DNA of 63,590 nucleotides from the NCBI RefSeq assembly GCF_001194135.2, contig NC_068990.1:6536739-6600328 (forward strand). Reading direction: 5' to 3'. Source of the stretch: Octopus bimaculoides (lineage: Eukaryota). The notes under the pieces were generated by a model. The model was not told the origin of the DNA and made no database searches. It saw only the letters and a list, made by a program, of their open reading frames with translations. The translations under genes and the position numbers were made by a program. Positions 1 to 11,805 of this stretch are shown here, one piece after another (position 1 is the first letter of the stretch; each line of letters begins with the position of its first letter).

Positions 1-190
1 AACCTGCTGCTTTCGGTGAAAATCCACGAAGTAGAAAAAGTACTGTACTGTATATTTTTTTGAATTAATTTTATAATTTGTACATATTTTTTTTATTATA
101 AATGCAAACCAACACCACAGAGGAATTGATGCAAGCTTAAATAAGAAACCGCGATATGGCCAGGGAATACTGTATATATGTATATATTAC

Positions 191-229
<39 letters not shown>

Positions 230-230
230 T

Positions 231-373
231 TGTTAGGAAGGGCCATCCAGCTGTAAAATCCCTGCCAAAACACACACAGTAGCATAAGGTAATTTTTCTA
301 CCTGGCTTGCTCCTGTGAACCTCTTACCCTTGCATGCGTGGAAGATGGTCGTTAAGCAATGATGATGATGATG
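231..373 (+). mobile_element. diverged RTE-type 3' tail with (GAT)n
   Basis: ggaagggccatccagctgtaaaa..gttaagcaatgatgatgatg; shares motifs with other tail copies. Confidence 0.55.
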
Positions 374-969
374 ATAGAACATCTACCTAAACTGTACTGA
401 TGAAATTTTCTGATCCTACCTTCATGAACTCAAAATGTCCTTGGATACTGGTCGTCTGTGCCAGGAATATTGACATGGGATCTACCATCATTATTTCCCA
501 TCACGCTATCTGTGGGTTTGGCATAAGTTTACCACACCCAACTTATTATATACAAACACACAGACATGTACCCGTCCACATGATTTTTAAAATTGCCATC
601 CCCATCCCTGTTCCCTTCCACATCTACCCCCTTTTTGTCCCCAACATCCATCTATACTCTTCAAGTATTTACCTTTTGAACCTTGATGGCATTTTCTGAT
701 CCCTATCGAAGGGACATAACTCTAACCAGCAAACGTTTACCTTTCTGTGTTTCTCCCATACAAATTGTTCATTTTGTTTTTTTATGAAATCTGCAATGTG
801 TATGTGACACTTTCTGACCTCCAGTGGCAAAGAGGCTGTACCATGCTTTTCTTATCATCCCTTCCGATAAGTGGTGTGACTGGGTTTGCCAAACTGATTG
901 ATAACATTGGTTGAAAAGGGGTCTATAATACTGTTGTATAAATAATATTTAAAAAATTATATATTCATA

Positions 970-1447
970 GGTGTAGGTATGGCTGTGAGGTATGAAACTT
1001 GCTTCTTGATCACTTGGTTCTGAGTTCAGTCCCACTGTGTGGCACTTTGTGCAAGTGTCTTCTGCCATAGCCTCAGGCCAATCAAAGCTTTGTGAGTGGG
1101 TTTGGTTGATGGAAACTGAAAGAAAGCCTGTTGTATATATATATATATATATCTGCCAAATCAGATTGGAGCCTGGTGTAGCCATCTGGTTCACCAGTCC
1201 TCATTCAAATCGTCTAACCCATGCAAGCATGGAAAGCGGATGTTAAACGATGATGATGATATGTGTGTGTGTGTGTCTTTGTGTTCATCTCCCACCACCG
1301 CTTGACAACTGGTGTTAGTGTGTTTATGTCCCCATAACTTAGTGGATTGGCAAAAGAGGCCGATAGAATAAGAATAAAAAAAATAAGTGCTGGAGTCAAT
1401 TAGTGTGACTAGAAAATTCCTTATGTTGGTACTTCAGCATGGCCGCA
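970..1447 (+). mobile_element. SINE family 1 (tRNA-like head), interrupted by an RTE tail at 1153-1260
   Basis: head ggctgtgaggtatg..gagttcagtccc, body gcaagtgtcttc, 3' part ccgatagaataag..gcatggccgca; colinear with intact copy at 35055. Confidence 0.8.
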
Positions 1448-1489
1448 CCCCTTCCATACTTGCTACCCCAATAATGATAATGTTTTCAC

Positions 1490-1955
1490 AGCAAGTTGGA
1501 AGTCATTTGCCTTAATTAAAGATGTGCTCAAAGCACAGCTAGGCTACAACCTATGTGCTAATCTTTTTTGATGGCACTGCCTTACTTGTGTTGTTATAGG
1601 CAAGTGAGACATCAGCTACTATGAAAAAGGAAGAACAACAGTTGGTTATGATGCAGAGACCCATGAGAGGCCCATGTATTTGGAATACATTGTGGAAGCA
1701 TATCTGAAATGAATGAATTCTAGAATGGAGTGCAGCAAGCAATATGATTTGAATACTGAAGGCACATGTTCCACTGAGCCAGACATGTTGCAAGATTCAC
1801 AGACAATAGGTGGACCCATGCAATTTTTGAATAAGACAGGAAGAGACCACTCAGATGACCTCCAAAATGATGGGAAGGGGACAGTGAAAAATTTCGGGCT
1901 GAAATGGAAGACAAGGGCACAATCAAAGCAATAATGGAAGCACATTGTGCCCAGC
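1490..1955 (+). mobile_element. degraded RTE-clade LINE, C-terminal ORF fragment
   Basis: frameshifted translation WKSFALIKDVL..MKKEEQQL..HVARFTDNRWTHAIFE..RPLR.PPK.WEGD resembles the RTE RT C-terminus. Confidence 0.65.
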
Positions 1956-1975
1956 GATATATATATATATATATA

Positions 1976-2281
1976 TGTCGCCTTCCTGGCACTTGTGCCA
2001 GTGGCACGTGAAAAGTCATTCGAGCGAAATCGTTGCACAAAAAATACACCATTTCGAGCGTGGCCGTTGCCAGTACCCACCTGACTGGCCTTCGAGCCTG
2101 TGGCACGTAAAAGCACCCACTACACTCTGAGTAGCTGGCGTTAGGAAGGGCATCCAGCTGTAGAAACTCTGCCAAATCAGATTGGAGCCTGGTGTAGCCA
2201 TCTGGTTCACCAGTCCTCAGTCAAATCGTCCAACCCATGCTAGCATGGAAAGCGGACGTTAAATGACGGTGATGATGATGA

Positions 2282-2285
<4 letters not shown>
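1976..2285 (+). mobile_element. RTE LINE 3' UTR copy with (GAT)n tail
   Basis: duplicated tggcacgt(g/a)aaag modules, aggaagggcatccagctgtagaaactctgcc, ccatgctagcatgg, gttaaa..gatgatgat. Confidence 0.8.
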
Positions 2286-2319
<34 letters not shown>

Positions 2320-2837
2320 ATGATGATGATATATATATATATTTTCTCTGGTTAGGCTACCTGGTGTCATTCATAGTTATAGTATAAGTGTCATTGGATC
2401 AATGCCAGGAATTCCGCAGTGTTTGTTGAGTTTATAATGAATGAACGAAAGAGAAAATGGAGTCAGCAAGAATCATTATTCAACACAACAATCATTTCGA
2501 CCCACCCTGCATCTGTCCCTTGCAAGTGGGATATTGTACAGCTTGTTGTGCACTGGTGAATGCAACACAACTAGCTGTACAATATCCCACCTGCAAGGGA
2601 CATATGCAGGATGGGTACCTTTATGTGACGCCGCACAGGCACTTTTATGTGTCAATGCACAGGTGCTTTTACCTGAATATGTGTATATTTTCAGTTGGAT
2701 AACAGCAATTGAAGAAAAGAAAGAAATGCATATCTCTCTCCTTTTTTTTTTCACCTCCCCCCTCTCTATGTATATATATGTACCTAACCCCCTTCACTCC
2801 TCCCCTCTCATATATGTATATATTGTATCTTATTCAG

Positions 2838-3031
2838 CTCCACTAGAACTCCTTGTTGAACCAGTCGGTCGATTATTCGAACAGTTCCAAATACAGTTGC
2901 GTCATAAATATTCTCATGAACACTTTGATGGCAAGGACCTAGACCAGTCAGAGTCTGGTTCGAGTGAAGATGAACTACCAGATGATGAAGATGAAACTCT
3001 ACTTTTCAGCCTTGATCCTCGTGAATGGAAG
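2838..3031 (+). CDS. DNAJC2: DNAJC2 exon w1 ([19 protein letters not shown])
   Basis: acceptor tattcag, donor aag|gtatct; 194 nt, phase 1 to 0. Confidence 0.9.
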
Positions 3032-6000
3032 GTATCTGAAACATCTATTTACCAAATATTCCTTTATGTTTGTTTTTTTTTTTCTTCCCAGCCATCAGTC
3101 GCACCAAATGAGACCCACAGGAGCATCCTATGTAAACAACTTGATTAAAAGTAACTCGGCATGTATATACTGTGTTGGATCAACATTTTCCTCTCAGCTT
3201 CCTGAGAAGTGGAGAAAATGAGTAGCATTGAAGTATTAGCTTTGTGTTAGTTGACTCTGAATTTTATTCTTTCATTTGTTTCAGTCATTTGAGACTGCAG
3301 CCATGCTGGAGCACCACCTCCAGTTGAGCAAATCGACCCCAGGGTCTTTGTAAGTCTAGCACTTATTCTATCGGTCTGTCTTGCCAAACCGCTAAGTGAC
3401 GGGGACGTAAACACACCAGCATCGATTGTCAAGCGATGTTGGGTGGACAAACACATACACACAAACATATACNNNNNNNNNNNNNNNNNNNNNNNNNNNN
3501 NNNNNNNNNNNNNNNNNNNNNNNNNNNNNNNNNNNNNNNNNNNNNNNNNNNNNNNNNNNNNNNNNNNNNNNNNNNNNNNNNNNNNNNNNNNNNNNNNNNN
3601 NNNNNNNNNNNNNNNNNNNNNNNNNNNNNNNNNNNNNNNNNNNNNNNNNNNNNNNNNNNNNNNNNNNNNNNNNNNNNNNNNNNNNNNNNNNNNNNNNNNN
3701 NNNNNNNNNNNNNNNNNNNNNNNNNNNNNNNNNNNNNNNNNNNNNNNNNNNNNNNNNNNNNNNNNNNNNNNNNNNNNNNNNNNNNNNNNNNNNNNNNNNN
3801 NNNNNNNNNNNNNNNNNNNNNNNNNNNNGTTGATACAAAACCATCATATTTATTGTCTGTTTTGATTCCCATTTCACATGTACACATTAATTCCTACCAG
3901 TCTCTCCTCTATTCTACTTCACTCTTATCTACACGTTGTCACACATGTGAAGACAATGCCATCCATGTTGATTGGGTCCCTGCCATTATTCTCAAGCAAT
4001 ATTGCCTTTGAGTTAGCTCTGAGAACTTCAGAAATATGAATATCATATTCTCAAAGAAGTGACTTTGCTAATCTCCAAAATTATGGAGATGGTCTCAAAG
4101 AATGACCTCTTCATCATTTTATCTGTCTGTCTCTCTTTTTTTGATCATTAGTGTAGGTTTTGTGGATCCAGATCTTTCAAAGATGATTTCCATATGGCAT
4201 GCTCAAATATTCTCTCACCCAATGAACATTGATGGACACAATATTGTTACCCTTGATGTCAGTAAGGCATTTGATCAAGACTGCCATGAGACCTCTTTAG
4301 TTAAATTGTCCAGCTATGATAACCACTTTATCAATTCTGACCATACAGACTCCATCACTGATGATGCTATTTTTCTCTTTTCCTTAATATTCTGCATACC
4401 GTTATCAGTTCACAGCAAACTTGCAGTTTCTGTATAAACTAGAGGTCTTGAAAGCATCTTTCATTGGGACATGACAATCTAGTCTCCTTCAACAGTACTA
4501 GTCTTTACAAAATTCAAATAAGTCGTCTTTTTTACAGTCTCTTCACATATGGTTGAAAAAGTTTCGGGACCTCTGGTCTAGACCATTTGCATCACAAGAC
4601 TTCAAAAACCTTGACTGCTCTGCATTTCTTGTACAGTGGTCATTGCCTATATGTACCTTGGAGTCCCTGGGTATGACAATAAACTGCATCCAGTTCTAGA
4701 GTTGTGGGGAGCATGGAGTGACCCCTTAATTACCATTATTACCAAGTCTGTTCTGACCCAGAACAGTAGTACTTGTTTGGGTCCCATCTAGGGGTTAAAT
4801 AGATTTTTGTAAGAGTAGATTGAGCACCTTAGCTGTGATGAAAGCAATCAATCTAGAAGAAAACTCTGAAATTGATACCTTCTTCCAACATGCCCTAAGC
4901 CAACATGGAAAAGTATGGCTGATAAAACTAACATGTGGTATCTCATGTTGGTGTACATTCTGTTGTACGCAGCGATAGCCGGAAATGATGACCTTGGAAG
5001 AAACATTCTGGTGTTGCTCAATCCGTCCATTAAAGTCACCAACTGTGACATTTATTATTGAGGCAAACTGCATGATATGATCTTTTGCTCATCTGTCTGT
5101 CTAATTCTAGTGCATGTTGCAATCATATTACCTACAACTTGTCTAAGCTTTATTATTCTGTCACCTTTATTTTGATTCTATCAATTTCTGTGCGAACAAC
5201 ATTCCTACTCCATCAGCTCCAGTACTATTGTTGTTTATCAACCAGAGTACAGAGCTGTGATGAAAGGCATTCCAGCCAGGTTCATCTGATCTTTTTTTGT
5301 TTATCAGGAACTATGCTTAATTTGTTTTACCTTTTTTTAAAACTAGAATATAATTTGAGGACAATTTTACTGCAGTTTTGTATCCACAGAGACTCCCTTG
5401 GTTACTCCATTCCAAATTGTTATATGAGTAGAAAAGTATTGGAAGTCATTCCTAGTATTCAGGCAGCATATTAAAATGAAAGCATTTTCTGTAATAGAAT
5501 TCCTAAATAACCAATGTCTGTTGCAGAATCAAGATCACTATGCAGTCCTTGGACTCAAAAAGTTACGTATAAATGCCACTGCCAACCATATTAAAAAAGC
5601 ATGTAAGTATTAAAACTGTTATTACAAATTTAGATACGGCTGTGTAAATACATCTTTTTATACTTTTCTTTCAGACTAAGGTGTAGAAGTTATTCTGTAA
5701 TAAGATGACATGATTGATTTTCTATTTAAAATAGTGGGTCTTGTTTTTCTTACCCAATTTTATCTGCTTTTTTAGCTGATTTTATTCAGTCAAAATATTT
5801 ATTTTATCTTCATCGAATATTTCCTTTTTATTTTTGTTTTAATTATTTGTGTGTTGTCAGTTTTTTAGATCATGGCTTAATTTTTATTAAGTCAGAGACA
5901 TGAAACTCTCAGAGTGTCAAAATATAATTATTAAAAATTTTACTTTTAATAACTATATTTTGACACATTACTTTCTATATCAGGTACTCTCTTTTATTGT

Positions 6001-9000
6001 CTTCTTAATGTACTTTTTTTTAGATAAAGCTAAAGTCTTGAAGCACCATCCTGACAAACGAAGAAAATTGGGCAATATTGTGAAAGATGATGACTATTTT
6101 ACCTGCATATCTAAAGGTAGGTATTGTAACTTATTGAAGCTATTAGTCTTTGGGATAAAGCTACCAAAAACATCTGTCTCTCTTTATAATGTGCTGAATA
6201 TTTATAATGTGACTGTTATAAACTTGCTTTCTCATTTGGGTGGTATGGTGGTGGCCAAATGGTAAAAATATTGGTTTTAATTCTGTTTCCGCTGTTTTTC
6301 TTCTTGCTTCTGGAAGGCGGTGTTTAAAATGCTGCATTGTTGACCTTGTCTTGAGTTCAAACTGCATTTTATTATATTTTCTGGCTTAAGAAAACAAATA
6401 CTATATTTTTCTATCTTGCAATTGAGCTACAACAAAACCATGAGTTTTCTGTATCACATGAGCTATACATATATTTGAATTGACTAAAGCGGACGTTAAA
6501 TGAAAAGTAAGCTCAACTGATGTCAGGACACAGATTTGAAACTGTTAATAGTTAGTGAGTGGAATGTTTAATAGTAGTGGTTACAGACAAGCTAATAAGA
6601 ATTGCTGCTCACCAGACAATTAGAATGCTCCCACATTTGTTGGCATTATCACATCAATAGCACCTTGATGTGTTAGATGACAAATACAAAATACTATCTC
6701 TACTCTAGGTACCTGTTACCACCATCTCACAACATTTTGTCACCCAACTGGTATCATCTATTTACATTAGATGCCCATAACTGTACAGTTGAGTTTTCTG
6801 GCAACATTTATACCAATGTGTAATCTAATCAATCTTAACTTAAATTTATCATATTTTATGTCATGAATATAGAAATGTTAGATATTTTGATGCTGCTTTG
6901 GCATGTGATTTACAACCTAAAGGGTGATTACTTTAGGTTACTTTTTAGTTTACATTGCAATTTCTGAAAACCCTTAAGATGTCGGCTCAAGATTTTTTTA
7001 CAATAAATTCTTCTGTACATACTTAGCATTATAAATGTATGTTTTCAAAATTCTTACTGTTTTAATAATAATAAAACCATGTTTCATTTATGTCTTGGTA
7101 AATAAGAAACCAAGAATAAACAATATAATAATTAAAATAAGCATGTAGATCACACAAGCTTGGTAGCTGCGAGTTTTGCAATGTAAAGAAACTAAAAACT
7201 AACTTAAAGCAATCACCCTTGAAGTTGTAGATCACTTGCCAAAGTAGGACCATAACTTATTTGCTTACTCTTCTTCTAACTTTATGTTTTATTGGTGTCT
7301 TTTTGCTGTAGCATATGAAATATTAGGGAATCCCGTGAAACGTCGAGCTTATGACAGTGTTGATGCTGAATTTGACAATGATATTCCTTCCATTTCAACA
7401 ACTTCCAAAGAGAAGTTTTTTGAGGTGTTTGAACCAGTTTTCGAAAGGAATTCCAGGTTTGCTTTCATTTTCATTTGCCACTTCATCATCATTTTGAGGG
7501 GTTTAAGTTGATCGTATTGATCTCAGTACTTATTCAGCCTTATTTTATAAAATTCTATTTGACAAACTGCCAAATTACTGGATACAAAAGTTCACAGTAT
7601 TGCTGTTTTTACACTGGCATTCACACACACACAATATATATATATCATCATCATCATCATCATCATCGTTTAACGTCCGCTTTCCATGCTAGCATGGGTT
7701 GGACAATTTGACTGAGGACTGGTGAAACCGGATGGCAACACCAGGCTCCAGTCTGATTTGGCAGAGTTTCTACAGCTGGATGCCCTTCCTAACGCCAACC
7801 ACTCAGAGAGTGTAGTATATATGTATATNNNNNNNNNNNNNNNNNNAGTGGCTGTGTGGTAAGTAGCTTGCTTACCAACCACATAGTTCCGGGTTCAGTC
7901 TCACTGCGCGGCACCTTGGGCAAGTGTCTTCTATTATAGCCTCGGGCTGACCAAAGCCTTGTGAGTGGATTTGGTAGGCGGAAACTGAAAGAAGCCCGTC
8001 ATATATATGTGTTTGTGTGTCTTTGTTTGTTCCCCCAACATCGCTTGACAACCGATGCTGGCGTTTTTATGTCCCGTAACTTAGCGGTTCGGCAAAAGAA
8101 GCCCGATAGAATAAGTGCTAGGCTTCCAAAGAATAAGTCCTGGGGTCGATTTGCTTGACTAAAGGCGGTGCTCCAGCATGGCCGCAGTCAAATGACTGAA
8201 ACAAGTTAAAAAAAAGAGTAAAAGAGTATATATATATTTATATATATTTGAGTGTGTGTGTAGGTGCATAGTTTAGTGATTAAGGCATGGATTTCATGAT
8301 CGTAAGATTGCGGTTTTGATTCCTAGACCAGGTGATTAATTGTGTTCTGCGAAGCATTTCATTTCACGTTGCTCCAATTCACTCAGCTGGCAAAAATGAG
8401 TAATCTCACAACTGATTGACATCCTGTTTTGTGGGGAATATATATGCCATAGAATGCAGGAAACCAGCCTTATGAACCTATGGCTTGGGAAGGGCCTTTC
8501 ATCCTTTTTGATATATTGTAAAGGCAACAACTAATAAAGGACAAAAAAAGGCAACACAAGAGAGACAAGGTTTGACTATTACAGTATTAGCTTAATAGAA
8601 AAAATGGGTATAAGAGATATTGGATATAGTGTGCAAGAGAGAAGACTGTGCTGATATGGGCAGGGACAGCTGCATAAAGAAGTGCTGATCTTTAACTGTG
8701 GAAGAGGTTGACCCAAGATGATGTGGGACGAGGTCATGAAATGTAATCTTCAGAGACAGTGGCAGATGACAAACTTCTTGCAAATTGCTGTGCTTGAGAA
8801 GACACGTCAAGCTAAGTGATATTCTGGTCATGGCCAATGCTGGTGACATATGAAAGGCACCCATGCTGGTGATATGTAAAAGACGTCTGCTACATTTTGT
8901 GGAGTGGTTGGTATTAAGAAGGACATTCAGCCATAGAAACCAGGCCATACAGACTGCAGCCTGATGCAGCTCTCTGGCTTACCATCTTCTGGTGCTCTTG

Positions 9001-9671
9001 GTGCTATTAATGAGGTTTCTTGGATTGGTACTAGACCTCATATTTATAGAGGAAGGTTGCAGTTGACTGAATTGAATGTAATACATTCTTGATATTTATT
9101 TTTATTACTCCTAATGGGAGGAAAGGCGAATGGAATTTAAACTCAGAATTTGGAAGAAAGACAGTAACACGCATGCATGCATGTGTGTGTGCGCACACAC
9201 GCGCGCGTTCACATTTATGACAAATATTGTACCTTGATAACCAAGCCTGTAATCTAGTTTTGTTTATTACTTTTAGTTATTTCATTTCCTTATGCCATTA
9301 GCAAAGTATGAATATCACAACTTCTGTCCTATCTTTTGAAGTCAGTTGTGTTGATCATCCAGTGACAGGATACCCCTGGAGATCAAACAGTTGAAAATCA
9401 ACATTTATTGCATAGAGTAAATAGAAATTTCATACATGCACTAATTTTTTTACAGGTGGTCTATAAAGAAACCAGTCCCAAAATTAGGAGACAATACATC
9501 AAGTTTCAAAGATGTAGATCGGTTTTATTCTTTTTGGTAAGTTCTTAAGCTTTCCTTTTCTACAAAGTGGTTTATTTTGTGTATTTTTGAAATCATTTAT
9601 TAAATACTTTTGCAAATTCCTATATTTTTATATGACTTACTGGAGCAGAGAATATAACTCTACATAGAATG

Positions 9672-9718
<47 letters not shown>

Positions 9719-11757
9719 ATCATGTAGTTGATGTTAGCTAAATATAAGGATGTCCAGTGAGTTAAATAAGATGATTTGCAGTGAGTTAGATAAGATGTAC
9801 TCTTTGATGTGTAATAGGTGTTAATTCATAAATATTTGGGCATTCTCTTGTTATTATTAAATACATCTTTTCATTGTGGCTGAGTGCTTTTCATAAGTTA
9901 AATGGCTAAAAGGAAAAAAGAAGCCCAATGCTGATTTGATGGTTCGTCTTCATTATATTTTTGTAACTGATCTATAAGCTTGTGTTATTCTTTTACCCTC
10001 ATCATCATCATCATCATCATCATCTCAAGTATTCTGATTATTCTGTTAAATATAATGCTTATGTATTAACATTGTTTTGAATTAATCACACATTATCTTG
10101 TAGCTTTGAGATTTTGATGATGTGATTATCTTCAAGAATGACATAGTAGGGTAGGTGCGAGAGGCCCGATCTGGTCAGTTAGAACATAAAACATGCAGAA
10201 TATTTGGGGCTGGTATGACTGGTTTGAATACTAAAGGATTAATACCTTGTTGGAATAACTGGCATGGCTAAATGGATGATCTTGACATTAGATCAACTTT
10301 TGCTTCCATGCAATCAAGAGAGGTTGTGATGCATCGATTCTTAGCGAATAGAGAATCCAATATGTATTAAGACAGTAGGTAGGCATTAATACGTACAGTA
10401 CAGTCTCTGTTTGTAAAATTAGCTTACATTGAGTGTGGGTAATGTTATCCAGAGTATGTCATCATCATCATCATCATCATCGTTTAACATCCACTTTCCA
10501 TGCTAGCATGGGTTGGATAATTTGACTGAGCACTGGTGAAACCAGATGGCTACACCAGGCTCCAATCTGATTTGGCAGAGTGTCTACAGCTGGATGCCCT
10601 TCGTAACGCCAACCACTCCGAGNNNNNNNNNNCCATGCTAGCATGGGTTGGATAATTTGACTGAGCACTGGTGAAACCAGATGGCTACACCAGGCTCCAA
10701 TCTGATTTGGCAGAGTGTCTACAGCTGGATGCCCTTCCTAACGCCAACCACTCCGAGAGTGTAGTGGGTGCTTTCACATGCCACCAGCACGAAGGCCAGT
10801 CAGGCGGTACTGGCAACGGCCACACTCGAAATGGTGTCTTTTACGTGCCACCTGCACAGGAGCCAGTCCAGCGGCACTGGCAACGACCTCACTCGAATGT
10901 CTTTACACATGTCACCGGCACAGGTGCCATCACGATTTCGCTTTGCTGTATCTTTAGAATATTTTTATTTATAGTATTACATTATTGCAACTGACATGAG
11001 AACTTACTAGAACGGAAATATGAAAAACACCTTACCTATAAACATTTTCATGAAAATTTCTTTTGGTTCCCTTTCTGTATTTCTAGGTATGACTTTGAAT
11101 CCTGGCGTGAATATTCCTATTTAGATGAAGAAGAGAAAGAAAAAGGCGAAAAGTATGTTTATTTAGTTCTGCATGTTTATTACATTTAGCACACACCTAT
11201 GCCTAAATGCCGTAGAAGCATTTTGGCCTCCACGCAAACCAGAATGGTAGCTTCTGTATATATTATGAAGGTAGGTATGGTGAAATCCCCTCCCCCACAC
11301 ATATTTATGCTCACAAATTTGTATACACAAACACACAGACACACATGCACACATACATAAGTTTATACACAAACATTTACTTACATACATACGTCATTAC
11401 AAGCTGAATTCGAATGAAAGATACAATAGTTGCATATATTTTTTTGACATGACAAAAACAATAAAATGTTTAAGAAAATATATAAGTAAATAAAACAAAC
11501 GACAATTTTGTCATGGAAGAAAGAGGAAATACAGATTTATGTGTATACAATTTTAGCACATAACAAAGAACAAAAATAATAATAAAAACCATAATAGCCT
11601 ATAAATACCTATATGGGTAGACTCTCAAACAAACACCCACATATATACATACATATTATATGCATACATTTTATTGTACATGACTGCAACATTTAAAGAA
11701 GTGTGTGTGTATCATCATCATCATCATCATCATCGATTAATGTCCACCTTTATATAT

Positions 11758-11805
<48 letters not shown>

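Noticed and set aside
2441-2837. 5' extension of the 235-aa ORF as a DNAJC2 N-terminus
   Set aside because: No DNAJC2 similarity, includes low-complexity intron-like sequence, and a clear acceptor precedes 2838.
7705-7735. CTGAGGA..GAAAC inside every RTE tail as a hammerhead
   Set aside because: Only 5 nt separate the two words with no stem II pairing, and there is no stem III or NUH site.
10498-10757. 125-bp tandem duplication of an RTE tail
   Set aside because: The copies flank a 10-N gap and differ by one base; most likely an unmerged contig overlap.
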